The notes below the pieces were generated by a model. It ran no database searches, was not told the origin of the DNA, and worked only from the letters and a program-made list of their open reading frames with translations. Positions 46,086 through 56,517 of a stretch of DNA of 64,000 nt are shown one piece after another. Numbering within the stretch: the first letter of the stretch is position 1; every line of letters begins with the position of its first letter. Position numbers and translations under genes: made by a program. The stretch comes from Porphyridium purpureum (Eukaryota): positions 496,001-560,000 of the forward strand of contig VRMN01000001.1 in assembly GCA_008690995.1 (NCBI GenBank), given 5' to 3'.

Positions 46086-46904
46086 ATGGAGATGGCATGG
46101 ATTGGGCAGACGTCAGGGATAGGCGTTGAGTTGCTGCGTGGAAGTGCCGGATTATGTGATCGAAAGCTTGTAGAATGGAGATCGAGCGGCCGTGTGCGAG
46201 GGCTCTGCCCGCCGAGAAGAGTGCATCTGACGAGCACGCCGCTGCAGATGGTGGATGCGGCTGCCGCGGTGGTTTTGTCGCGGGTGGTCGGCGTGGCTGT
46301 GTTATTGGGATCTGTGATGTACAAGGTGCCGCAGGTCCTGCGCATTGTGAAAAGTAAGAGCACCGATGGCATTTCGACAAGTGCATTGGTCTATGAGACA
46401 CTGGGCATGCTCTTCTCGTCTGTTTACAATGTGCGCAGTGGGTTTCCCTTCGAGACGTACGGAGAGTTGATATTTATCACGCTGCAGAACATTCTGATTC
46501 TCTGGTTGATGCGTGCGTACGCGCCGCCTGAAAAGAAACGCCGCGCCGCTCTGGCTCCGATTCTCATCGGTACATCTTTTCCGTGCTTGATGGCGCCGGT
46601 GGTTCCGTTCGCGCTGACCCGAACACTTCAGCTCCTTTCGATTCCGCTTGGCAATCTGTCCCGCCTGCCGCAGATCTGGATGAGCTTTCGGAGCAAATCT
46701 ACAGGTCAACTATCCGTTGCCACAGTCGCCCTCACAGTTGCAGGGAACGTGGCCCGCCTGTTTACAACGGCTGTCCAAGTCAAAGACGCCTTTGTGCTCA
46801 TGTCGAGTCTCTGCGCATTCGCGCTCAACTCGGTGGTCCTCACACAATGCATCCTTTACAACAAAATGAAGCCAGGGTCAGACAAAGAACCGGCCCGGGC
46901 GTGA
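46086..46904 (+). CDS. MPDU1: Mannose-P-dolichol utilization defect 1 / Lec35-like PQ-loop protein
   Basis: GSVMYKVPQVLRIVKSKSTDGIS, FPFETYGE, SRLPQIW, KSTGQLS, GNVARLFT; start uncertain. Confidence 0.88.
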   Translation: MEMAWIGQTSGIGVELLRGSAGLCDRKLVEWRSSGRVRGLCPPRRVHLTSTPLQMVDAAAAVVLSRVVGVAVLLGSVMYKVPQVLRIVKSKSTDGISTSALVYETLGMLFSSVYNVRSGFPFETYGELIFITLQNILILWLMRAYAPPEKKRRAALAPILIGTSFPCLMAPVVPFALTRTLQLLSIPLGNLSRLPQIWMSFRSKSTGQLSVATVALTVAGNVARLFTTAVQVKDAFVLMSSLCAFALNSVVLTQCILYNKMKPGSDKEPARA

Positions 46905-47077
46905 TGAAGGCACAGAAGACTATGCCGAACACGTCCGCGCTCGTGTGCACCAGGCCAGTTCACTTGATTTGCCCGTGCCGGTTTTTTTTATTTATTTTTT
47001 ACAGCACCACACAGATCACGACAGATTAAGGCCACCCAACCTCGACTCCAATTCCTGTAATCTACGCCGCAGGCTTG

Positions 47078-47947
47078 CTACAACAGCGTGTCTATTTCGA
47101 CAATTTTGAGAACGCGCCTCACGATGATGGCCACGATGAAGAAGAGAACGGCGTACGCGGCATATTTGAGTTCCTTCTCGCTGTCATTCGTAGCTTGTGC
47201 TAGTACCGGCTCGGCGTGGTTCATTGAGTGTCGCTGGACTTCAGCAACACCTGGCTGGTTCGGTCGTGCGTTCAAAGACGCGCTTTCAGGCGCCGTGCTA
47301 GAAGCGTCGTCACGTATAGTGGCTGGCTGGCTTGGTTCCGCATCGCTGGGCGCGGCGGCCGCTGCTTTTGAGTCCCTCGTACCAGATGCCGATTCCGCGG
47401 CCTCTTTGCCCCCATTTTCATGTACGGCGCCGGCTGCTGTGCAGCTTGCAGCAGGTGCATCTTCAAAAAGCTCCTTCACTTTGCATCCGCAGATGGGGCA
47501 CTGAAACGCGATCGACTTGGCTGCGAGCGCCCGGCGGTCCTCGGCTGGAAAATTGAGCGAACCGAGTCCCTCAGCTTTGGAAGGCATAAACCCAATGAGC
47601 GCTGTGAGAATGGTGCGAATTCCCCAGCTCGGCTGCCAAGTCTCCTGGTGATGGCTTGTGATGGAAAGGCAAATTCTGGTACCCACCTCAAACCGCCCAT
47701 TCGGAGTGAGCAAGACGATTTCGGGTGCCTTCATGGGATACTCTGCTGGGAGTATAATACGGCCATGGTATAGGCCTCCCTGAAACGCGGTGTCCGGGGG
47801 CCCCTTGACAGTAAAGTGCCACTCGAACAAATCGTTCTCCAGCGGGCTTGCGTGGAAGAAACTGCCAGGCAGCTGCGCCTCCCGCTGCAGCTCCTTCACC
47901 TCCAGCATAATGCGCTTGACCGCGGCATTCTGCAGGCTCCGGCTCAT
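47078..47947 (-). CDS. UBC6: Tail-anchored ubiquitin-conjugating enzyme E2 J1/Ubc6 type
   Basis: AVKRIMLE, LENDLFEWHFTVKGP, PEIVLLTPNGRFE, ICLSITSHHQETWQPSW, C-terminal TM. Confidence 0.93.
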   Translation of the reverse strand: MSRSLQNAAVKRIMLEVKELQREAQLPGSFFHASPLENDLFEWHFTVKGPPDTAFQGGLYHGRIILPAEYPMKAPEIVLLTPNGRFEVGTRICLSITSHHQETWQPSWGIRTILTALIGFMPSKAEGLGSLNFPAEDRRALAAKSIAFQCPICGCKVKELFEDAPAASCTAAGAVHENGGKEAAESASGTRDSKAAAAAPSDAEPSQPATIRDDASSTAPESASLNARPNQPGVAEVQRHSMNHAEPVLAQATNDSEKELKYAAYAVLFFIVAIIVRRVLKIVEIDTLL

Positions 47948-48787
47948 CTCTGCTCCCTCCCGCGGCCGTCCTTTCCCCCCCCGGGCCAACACGCACTCCC
48001 TACCCTTTCTCTCCGTGTTCCCCACACAAAAAGTTTCGCGTGTTACACCCCTTCACCAAGCAAATCCTTCCACAAGCTCTTCCACTAGCTACAGCACGTG
48101 TTTCACGTCATCAATCAATTTCGTTCCATACTGAAACACTCTCAATTTCCCATAAACTTCACGTTTCTCTCTCGGCTACACCCAAAAACGCACACCACTG
48201 AACTCGCAACAACAAACGCAAGCCACCCAAACTGTACCCTACTGAAACACATAAAGTACAGTTACTCGGAGATCTCGCGGCGTCTCTGACGTGAACCGCC
48301 TAACCCCAGCAAAACCAAAGTTACTCCCCCAAACGCAAAAGAGCACTCGACGTTTCCGATTAGCATCAGAGCCGCCACAATCACGACGTCAAGCCTCGTG
48401 CAATGCCCGCGTCCACTGACCCGTGCGGCCACTTACCGACGACACCAGCAGCCACGCGCCATCTCGGTCTCTCTTTCCACGCTTCCCGGGTTCAGCCCCT
48501 TGTGTGCCCACACGCGCTCAGTAGCTGTACCCTTTCAGATGCTGCAAGTACAGCTCTGTGTGTGCGCGCGTGCGTGAACTTGTTCTTCCTTATTTTTTCG
48601 CCACGTTTTGTGAATGTGGTCAGGGGGTGTACAGTCAATCTCGCGCTTGTGTGTTTTTTGGGATTGAGGTTGGAGGGCGCTTGTGGTGGGCATGAGGTAG
48701 TAGGGATGTATGGATGTGGTGGTGGTGGTAGTGGTGGTGGATGAAAGGAGATAAGCGCAGCAACGGTGAGGAAGCCGGCGGTGAAGA

Positions 48788-50461
48788 ATGGCGTTTGTCG
48801 GAGCCGTCGGTGGTTTGCGATGGAGCTTGACCGCGTCGTCGTCGGTATGGACGGCGCCGAATAATACCGCAAGCCGCGCGACGACGCACGCCAGTGCGCG
48901 TCGCTCGCGCAGCGTCGTGCTGATGCAGCAGCAGCAGCAGCAGCAACAGAATAGTCAAAGTAGGAGCAATGGCAGCGTTCAGAGCCAGAGGAGCGCGAAC
49001 CCGTTGGAGAATGTGCAGGATGCGATCGACGGAATTCGAGGGCTGCTCGGCTTGCAGAGGCGCTCACGGACACAGAGTCTGTTGGATTATGACCCGTCCT
49101 CGGCGCAGTCTGAGTTTGACAACGAGGAAGAGGCGCCGCTTGTCCTCGTGGTCGGCGCCACGGGTCGCGTCGGACGGGTTGTCGTCCGTAAGCTGCTCCT
49201 GCGCGGATTTAAAGTGCGCGTCATGGTGCGCAACCTCTTCTCGTCCACCCTCGACCTGCTCCCATCCTCGGTCGAGTTTGTCAAGGGAGACGTACGCGAC
49301 TCTATCTTTGAGTTGCAGGAGGCCTTGTCTGGGGTCGACAAGGTGATTTGCCTGGTGGGTGCGCGCTCAGAGGACGAAATGCAAGAGGTCGAAGTGCAGG
49401 GCTTGCAAAATCTCGTGCAGGCGTTCCACGATATTCGTGTGCAGGAGTTTGGTCCAGAGGAATCGACCAAGATCACATTGTTCAAGTTCAGCCGACAGGG
49501 GGCCAAGTACATGGATCGTTGGGTCGTACCCACAGATGACATTGGGGAACGACTTGCATCGGCTGGACTCGTCGCGAAACCGCCCCGTGTCTCGCTTTTT
49601 ATGAACGACAAGGGCAACGGTGTGCTGGTAGGAAAAGTGTTTGAAAAGTACAACGGCGTTGCGCAGGCTGTGCTGAAGCTGGACCAGCCTAACCTGAAAG
49701 GGTTCTCGGGTGTGATCCTTCGCGTGATTGGAGACGGAAACACGTACCGGATCGCGCTGCAGTGTGGGAGCACTCAAAGCGCAGGCGTGTCGTACGTGGC
49801 ATCATTCAAGACCGAGAAAAGCAAGTGGGCGACCATTCGGCTGCCTTTTTCGTCGTTTATTGCGATGAGCGACAAGCAAATGAACCTGCGTGTGCGTGAT
49901 GCCGAAGAGTTGGACCGAACAAACATTCAAAGCATTGCGCTCCAGTACACAAAGTCACAAGACAATCCAGAAAAGGAGAGTGGCGACTTTTATCTCGCTG
50001 TGGATTACATCAAGGCGTACCGTACGCAAGAGGAACCGGACTTTGTCCTGCTGTCCACAGCTCAGCTGACCGAAAAGGGATTCACTCACAACGCAGGCGA
50101 CTTGTCTGTGCCGGCAATGGCAGATGGCGAGCAACCGGACCCGGCGCTTTTGGCAAAGTGGCGCGCAGAAGAAGCGCTGCGCAACTCGGGTCTTACGTAC
50201 TGTATTGTTCGCGCCGGAGACTTCAACGAGGCTGAAGGCGGACGGCGACCGCTTCTCTTTGAGCAGGACCGCGACTTGGAAGATAAGCAGGTGCGAACCG
50301 TCTCGCGAGCAGACGTAGCCGAAGTTTGCGTGCGAAGCTTGCTTGATCCCCGTGCCTGCAACATTTCCTTTGACGCCTTTGAAGGAAACTTTGCGCCAAC
50401 CGCCGCCACTGCCACGCAGGACCTCAGCCTTCTGTTTGGGAGGTTGAGGCCGAATACGTGA
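48788..50461 (+). CDS. HCF173-like atypical SDR: Rossmann fold with inserted CIA30 domain, plastid-targeted
   Basis: VLVVGATGRVGRVVVRKLLLRG, CIA30-like LRVIGDGNTY...IRLPFSSF, YIKAY, AEEALRNSGLTYCIVRAG, VSRADVAEVCV. Confidence 0.85.
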   Translation: MAFVGAVGGLRWSLTASSSVWTAPNNTASRATTHASARRSRSVVLMQQQQQQQQNSQSRSNGSVQSQRSANPLENVQDAIDGIRGLLGLQRRSRTQSLLDYDPSSAQSEFDNEEEAPLVLVVGATGRVGRVVVRKLLLRGFKVRVMVRNLFSSTLDLLPSSVEFVKGDVRDSIFELQEALSGVDKVICLVGARSEDEMQEVEVQGLQNLVQAFHDIRVQEFGPEESTKITLFKFSRQGAKYMDRWVVPTDDIGERLASAGLVAKPPRVSLFMNDKGNGVLVGKVFEKYNGVAQAVLKLDQPNLKGFSGVILRVIGDGNTYRIALQCGSTQSAGVSYVASFKTEKSKWATIRLPFSSFIAMSDKQMNLRVRDAEELDRTNIQSIALQYTKSQDNPEKESGDFYLAVDYIKAYRTQEEPDFVLLSTAQLTEKGFTHNAGDLSVPAMADGEQPDPALLAKWRAEEALRNSGLTYCIVRAGDFNEAEGGRRPLLFEQDRDLEDKQVRTVSRADVAEVCVRSLLDPRACNISFDAFEGNFAPTAATATQDLSLLFGRLRPNT

Positions 50462-50584
50462 CTTGATTCCATGCGCGTAGATCTGCAACTCGTACGAAGT
50501 TTTCCATGTGGTGTATCGAGATATGGTTTGGGCAGAGAGATCACTATTTCTGGCGTGTCAGTGCTTTATGACCAGTTTCACGAC

Positions 50585-52417
50585 TTAGATCCCCTTTCTT
50601 GATGCGGCGGGCGTGTCAGGGTCGTCTTGAACGCAGCGCTGCATACATTGCTCTAGAGCCTTGTGCAACGCGGCGCGTGCTAGATGCCCTACCGCAGCTG
50701 CCTGAGCACGGCCGCGCTCACGCACTGTATGATCGCTCATAGACGAACCATTAGGTCCGAGAAATATAATAATTGATTCAAGGAATGTTGAAGCGTTCGT
50801 GTTAGTTTCATGTTTTTGAGTGTGCGCGCCGAAGACCGTTCGTTCAGTCCAGGCGCGCCGTGAAAGCGGAAAGCAAGCGGGAGAGAAATTGATAGGAAGA
50901 CCCGCGCATACTCACCTTTCATACGTGCTGCTTCTGACGCCTCAAAAAAGTGCGCGACGGCGACACCCAGCTCGATCGCGCTGTCGACTTGGCGAAACGG
51001 TTCGAGCGCCTCTTTGCCTGCGTCTTGGGTTGATAGCTCGACACTGCATCTGCTTCCTGCCAAGTTTAGCCAGTCCAACAGCACATGAGACTCACCCATA
51101 TAGCAGCCGTGTATGACGTGACATCCAGCAAGTGCCGGTTCCAAAATATTATGCCCATTTCCATTCGATATGAGAGAATTCCCGACGAAGACGCACTCGG
51201 AACGATCAAAGACGTCGCCAAGTTTGCCTATTGCGGGTAGCAGCATCAGAGAATGAACAATGCACACTTGTTAGTACTGTACGATTCCAGACCGAAGACG
51301 CACATTCCGACGCCAGCTGAAAGCATTGACGAAGAATGAACATGGATGCTTCAAGGTACGTACCCATTTCATTCAGGAGAAAGATATCTTGCGATGCAGA
51401 ACCATCGGCGCTCCATTCTTCGATTTCATGCGAAGACCCTTCACGAACATTCACTCCATGCAAATCGTTCCACACGTCCCGTATTCGTGTGACGTGTCGG
51501 GGCGCAAGTATGAGTCGCGGACGCCGCGACTCGCTCACACCGCGCTCACGCAAAATCTTGCACGCCACTTCATGAGCCTCAACAATCAGCGATTCTTCGC
51601 CTTGGTGTGTGCTCACAGCGGCCCAGCATGCAAGCGTTGTGTTCCGTAAGAGCTGATTCTCGTCGCCACCGAGAGCTGAGCCAAGATCCTCGACAAATTT
51701 GAGTGGTGGGGCAATGTGCAGACGGCATTCACGGACGCCGTGTTCAATAAAAACATCCCGATCCTTGCGAGGCGTTAGCACAAGAGTGAAGCTGGACAGC
51801 AAGGCTTTCAGCAGACATTTCGAAAGTCCAGAGCTCTGCCAATTGCGCAATGACCGCGAGGACATCCTGGCGTCGAGAAAGAGTAGCTGCATTTTGTTTC
51901 GGCTAGCATGATAAATCATGGATGGCCACAGCTCCGATTCGATGAGTGCCAATATATGCGGCTTGTGCACGTCCAGGAAGCGTCGAACGCAACCGGTAGA
52001 GTCAAAAGGGCATAATTGCACGACGACATTCACTTTGGCCTCACCCGAGGACTCGAGCGTGCGTATCTTGTCCTGAACAAAGCGTAGAGCAGAATAATTT
52101 GACACGGTCATAATTGCGCGCATTGGACCACGTGCAAGGTCCGCATCAAGCCTGTCCTTATCGACTAGAGTCATGCGAGAGAATTCCCGCACAACTTTGA
52201 GGGCTGACACCGATTCACCCACAGACGCGGCGTGCACCCACAGGCAAATCCCTGCGTTCTGACGGGTGCTGGTGAGACCTCGCGACACACGTTCCTGCAG
52301 CAATCCATCAGGCCATGCCTGCCTTGCTGCTTGAAGGCGTACCAGAGGGTAGCACAAAGCAGTCGATAGCGCCGAGTAAATGGTGTACGCGGCACGCGCG
52401 CACACAGGCCATTCCAT
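50585..52417 (-). CDS. kdtA: Kdo transferase KdtA/WaaA (GT30); exons 52417-51364, 51227-50916, 50724-50585
   Basis: LWVHAASVGE, PFDS, IESELWPS, DARMSSRS, STHQGEE, LILAPRH; splicing restores NEMGKLGDVF..CVFVGNSL..GHNILEPA. The third exon is less certain. Confidence 0.88.
50725..50915 (-). other. Probable intron 2 of kdtA (191 nt, phase 1)
   Basis: GTGAGT donor, ACTAAC and CCTAAT internal motifs, CAG acceptor, AT-rich; gives the helical C-terminus VRERGRAQAAAVGHLARAALHKALE. Confidence 0.65.
51228..51363 (-). other. Spliceosomal intron 1 of kdtA (136 nt, phase 1)
   Basis: GTACGT donor, TACTAAC branch-site match at 51270-51276, TAG acceptor; joins two ORFs in frame. Confidence 0.85.
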
Positions 52418-52521
52418 TATTTGTTCCTGGCGTCGCTGAGCTCTCTCTGCGTGGTACCTGCCCGCGGCCAAAAGATCTTGTGTGTCCGCGTCGAACTGTT
52501 GTTGCAGCGGCAACCGAGAAG

Positions 52522-53430
52522 ATGGGTGAGGAGAGCAAGGTCCCTCCCGGAGACTTTTACGGTGAGTACCATGGCCACACCGTGAGGCATCTCGACGCCA
52601 TTTACCGGGCTGTTGGTGGTGAGCGGCGGCCGACCATTTGGCTGGCGGGTGATAGCTCGCTTGACAACAAGTACTGGCTCAACTCGCGCGACCGCGTCCC
52701 GGCGTGCAATGGGTATGAGCAGGTGCTCGAGTACCAAATGCCAGACGTGTGCTACTACCTCAACAAAGCGCTGGCTGACGAATTTGTGTGCGTGAATACA
52801 GCCGTGGAAGAGTCCAGATTGGTTGAACGAAGAGGCTCCACGATGTGGGAACAAGACGACTTCATTCGCGACCACATCAAACGCGATGATGTGCTGGTCG
52901 TGAGTGTCGGAGGAAACGATGTGGCCTTGAAGCCGTCCATAAGTACCGCTTGGAATATGTTCAAGCTGGTCTTCTTCAATTCGGAGGAGCGTCTATTGAA
53001 GGATCCAGCTCGAGCATGGGGCATGCGCCACTTTGTGCGCATGTTCAAGGACGACACAGCCAATTACATTGCCAAGCTAATTGCCAAGACCAAGCCTCGA
53101 CTAGTGGTGGCATGCATGATCTACTTTCCGGATGAGAATCGTGTGCAGTCATGGGCAAACGCCGCGCTAAAGGTCCTGCGGTATGATTCCAAGCCAGAAT
53201 TATTGCAGGCCGGGATTCGCGCCATTTGGGATCAGGCCACCACGCAGATTGGTTCAGTTGACTCGGTGCCCGTTGTTGGCTGTGCGCTTTTTGAGTCCCT
53301 GGACGGCAAATGGACGCAGGATTATGTGGCGCGCGTCGAGCCGTCCAAGGAAGGCGGTGCAAAAATGGCCGAAGGCATAGCCGCCAGAATTCGCTCAAAC
53401 CGTGTATCCAAACCCTCACCGTCGTCATGA
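52522..53430 (+). CDS. SGNH/GDSL-like hydrolase-fold protein
   Basis: IWLAGDSSLDNK (block I), VSVGGND (block III), DYVARVEPSKEGG in place of DxxHP. Confidence 0.7.
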   Translation: MGEESKVPPGDFYGEYHGHTVRHLDAIYRAVGGERRPTIWLAGDSSLDNKYWLNSRDRVPACNGYEQVLEYQMPDVCYYLNKALADEFVCVNTAVEESRLVERRGSTMWEQDDFIRDHIKRDDVLVVSVGGNDVALKPSISTAWNMFKLVFFNSEERLLKDPARAWGMRHFVRMFKDDTANYIAKLIAKTKPRLVVACMIYFPDENRVQSWANAALKVLRYDSKPELLQAGIRAIWDQATTQIGSVDSVPVVGCALFESLDGKWTQDYVARVEPSKEGGAKMAEGIAARIRSNRVSKPSPSS

Positions 53431-53577
53431 GTGAGCGGGCTGGAACTGAGGAGTTTCTGTCGCGCTCTTCGTGCTTGATTAAGATGCACATCCGGTTTCG
53501 AGCGCAGCCGTACGCCCGTTCAGGCGCACATTGTACCGAAAACGAGTGTTTAACTCTCGAGGCCTCGCCCTTTATCT

Positions 53578-56517
53578 TTACTTGGACGCTAACGTTCGCA
53601 GATCTGTCACACCGCCCTTCTTTATGACGCCGCCGTTCGACGAAGTTTTGGCCGAGGAACCCTGGCGTTGCTTGCTTACGGCGATGAGACCCAATACATC
53701 AGCGACCTCCTCGGAGGTCCTCAAGTAATACCTCGCGTTCGACGGCTTGACACCGACAGTGCAAGTGAATAAGGCCTGTGACAAGTCACCTAAGTCTCTG
53801 GAGAGCAGTGTAAACATGTCTTCATCTGTGCGATCGTCGCCCACACACAAAACAAACGACGGCGCTGAACCGTTCTTCTCCTCTGACAGATCCGACAAAA
53901 TCCTCTGCACCATTGCACCCTTGTTCATGTTGGCCAGCCGCACCTGCAGCCAGCCGTGACCTGTGACCACCTGAACCTGGAAAGCTCCCAGCACCGTTTC
54001 CAAGTGATCACGCATTTCCTTCGCCTGCCAATTTCCAAATTCCGGGTCCGCGTCCATGTAGTGCCATACGAGTCCGGCATTCTTTTCCTCGATGTAACTG
54101 CCATCCGTTCGCTCTGCGTACGCGCCCATGATTTCGAGAGCGACCTCTCTCCAGCTCAGATCGTTAACTTCGTGAAGCTGCCTCCACTCCGTTTCGTGCG
54201 GGTTACGGAAGAAGAAGCCATGTTCAGCCGCCAGCCCAATCGCTGAAAGACCCTGGAACGAGGTAGAAAGAACCTCTGTCGTGCGACCGGACATAATATA
54301 CACGAGATTTTGCGGATCCTTCGCCAATGTGCTGAGGTAGTTCATGACTGCGTCGCTGGGGCGCGCCCATGCGTGGCTCATGCGGCTAGAGCACGTGCTC
54401 GACGTCAGCGTGCCGTCGTAATCCAAGAGGAACAGGCGGCGGCCAAGACCTTCTGCTTTGTCGTACACCTTGAGCACTTTCTCCGGATTCAGAGCTTCAA
54501 AGCCTTCAAACTCGAGAGTGCGCAGCCCCACGCCCAAACCCAGTCCCAGCTTGGTGAGCTTTTTCACCGGTTCGGACGCCTTGTAAAGATCCGAAAGAAA
54601 CGACTCGGCCCACTTGGCCGTAGGGTGCGATTCCACGTATTTCAAATCTGCACTGTGTTTCAGCGCAACTTCCTCCTTGTCCTTTTGCAGCACGCGGTCG
54701 ATCGCGCCCATCACCTCGTCATAGTTCCACGGGTTCAAACGCACAGCAGATGACAGCGCACGCGAACAGCCGGTGAACTCGGACAAGATCAGCTGGCCGC
54801 GCCCAGATCCACTGCAGAGAATGTATTCGTAGGGGATCAAGTTCAATCCATCCCGAATCGGTGTCAGCAGAAGCGCGTCGGCCTCGGTGTAAATCGCAAT
54901 GCGCTCGTCGAACGAAATGTCGCGCTCAATGTACAGCACCGGCTGGTATCCGGGTGTGCCAAACCTGTCGTTGATTCTCTTGACCAAATCCTGGATCTCG
55001 CCCTGCACATGTGACTTGACGCGCGCCTTGCGCGGGATTGCGACTTGCACAATCACAATACGGCCCTGATAAAGCGAGTACGTCTGCAGTAAGCTTTCAA
55101 ATGCTAGAAGTTTCAGCGAGATGCCCTTGAATACGTCAAGGTCGTCGATTGCGGCTAGAATATACATTCGGTTGTCGCGCTCGCCAGACACGGACAGTGC
55201 GTGTACTTGGGTGAGCAGTGTCTTGCGCATATCATCTACGTCTTTGGAGCCCAAATGCGTTCGGAAGCGGTTCGGGTCGATGCCAATGTGGCTGACACGA
55301 ATCATGACGTGGCGACCAGAATACTCGACGCCCAAAATCCCGCGTGAAGCTTCATGTTCCAAGTTGAGCAAGCGCACGCAGGCAGACAGAAAATGGCGGG
55401 CATAGTCAAATAGATGAAAGCCTAGCAACGTTGATGATAAGAGGCCTCGCAAAAGTTCGTCACGCACAGGCAGTGTGCGGTACGCTTCGGAAGACGGCCA
55501 CGGAATGTGCAGGAAGAACCCGATTTTGGCTCCGGACAAGCGGCGCCGCAACTGAGACGGGAGCACCATGAGGTGATAGTCGTGAATCCAAATCAGGTTC
55601 TCCTCATGGTACAGCTCGACCACCTTGTCCGAGAATTTTCGGTTCACCAAGCAATACGTGTGCCAGAGGTTCTTATCGAACTGTACTGTTCGCTCATGCT
55701 CGTCCGTGAGCGGGGTGAGCATGTGGAACAGAGGCCAGAGGACGCCCTTGCAGAAGCCCTGGTAAAACTCAACCAGCGTTTGCCTGGGAATAAACACAGG
55801 CACGCAATTGAATTCTTCCAGCAGGGTAGCTGATACCTGCTCGCGCTCTTCCGGTCGCACTTCCTCATCTGAGTTGATGATGCCGACCCAAAGCACTCGC
55901 ATCCCTTCTTTGAGCCCATCGCGAAGCCCCCTTGACGTCAGGTACAAGGCGTCATCGTCCCACGCAAACGACCATTCGTCGGACGTCGCGTCGCGGCGAG
56001 CGATGATGGGCAAGCGGTACAAAACGATAATCAGCGTGTTCTTGTGCGCCGGATCCTCCTCGTCGTACAGGGCGGAGCCACCCCTCGCGCCGACCGACAT
56101 CGAACGTTCTGTGTTGCTGTCCATTTCGGTGATACGCACGTGAACCAGTGGATCGGGCAGCACATTAAACTCGCCGTCATCAATGCGTACGTTCGTAGGG
56201 GGCACAACGAACGAACGGCCGGATTCCATCATCTCCCACCTGACCACTTTGGGGCCACGCTCGCGACTCAACGAAGACATCCCGCCGGATCTTTGCGATA
56301 CAACGTCACCGTCGACCAGCGACATGAGCACGTACTTGTAGGTAAACTCGACATCTTGGGGCAGCTTGACGACCTTTGACCACTTCAATTTGTCCTCAGA
56401 TCCCAATTCAATCCCTCGAAGCGGATCCCACCCACCGAGGTGAGCGTGTGTGCCGACCAAGCGCACGACCTGTCCCGGCTCTGTCTCGCAGCGCACGGAA
56501 AACCGCACGAGCACCAT
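53578..56517 (-). CDS. CBM20-fused class II-like trehalose-6-phosphate synthase/phosphatase (GT20 plus HAD)
   Basis: CBM20 (VRFSVRCET..GQ..LVG..LGGWD, FTYKYV, WE), FYQGFCKGVLWPLFH, IWIHDYHL, GFFLHIPWPS, RDGLNLIPYEY, LDYDGTL, GDDRTDEDMF. Confidence 0.95.
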   Translation of the reverse strand: MVLVRFSVRCETEPGQVVRLVGTHAHLGGWDPLRGIELGSEDKLKWSKVVKLPQDVEFTYKYVLMSLVDGDVVSQRSGGMSSLSRERGPKVVRWEMMESGRSFVVPPTNVRIDDGEFNVLPDPLVHVRITEMDSNTERSMSVGARGGSALYDEEDPAHKNTLIIVLYRLPIIARRDATSDEWSFAWDDDALYLTSRGLRDGLKEGMRVLWVGIINSDEEVRPEEREQVSATLLEEFNCVPVFIPRQTLVEFYQGFCKGVLWPLFHMLTPLTDEHERTVQFDKNLWHTYCLVNRKFSDKVVELYHEENLIWIHDYHLMVLPSQLRRRLSGAKIGFFLHIPWPSSEAYRTLPVRDELLRGLLSSTLLGFHLFDYARHFLSACVRLLNLEHEASRGILGVEYSGRHVMIRVSHIGIDPNRFRTHLGSKDVDDMRKTLLTQVHALSVSGERDNRMYILAAIDDLDVFKGISLKLLAFESLLQTYSLYQGRIVIVQVAIPRKARVKSHVQGEIQDLVKRINDRFGTPGYQPVLYIERDISFDERIAIYTEADALLLTPIRDGLNLIPYEYILCSGSGRGQLILSEFTGCSRALSSAVRLNPWNYDEVMGAIDRVLQKDKEEVALKHSADLKYVESHPTAKWAESFLSDLYKASEPVKKLTKLGLGLGVGLRTLEFEGFEALNPEKVLKVYDKAEGLGRRLFLLDYDGTLTSSTCSSRMSHAWARPSDAVMNYLSTLAKDPQNLVYIMSGRTTEVLSTSFQGLSAIGLAAEHGFFFRNPHETEWRQLHEVNDLSWREVALEIMGAYAERTDGSYIEEKNAGLVWHYMDADPEFGNWQAKEMRDHLETVLGAFQVQVVTGHGWLQVRLANMNKGAMVQRILSDLSEEKNGSAPSFVLCVGDDRTDEDMFTLLSRDLGDLSQALFTCTVGVKPSNARYYLRTSEEVADVLGLIAVSKQRQGSSAKTSSNGGVIKKGGVTDLRTLASK

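Noticed and set aside
50737..52513. Frameshifted kdtA pseudogene
   Set aside because: A canonical GT-AG intron restores the frame and the conserved motif.
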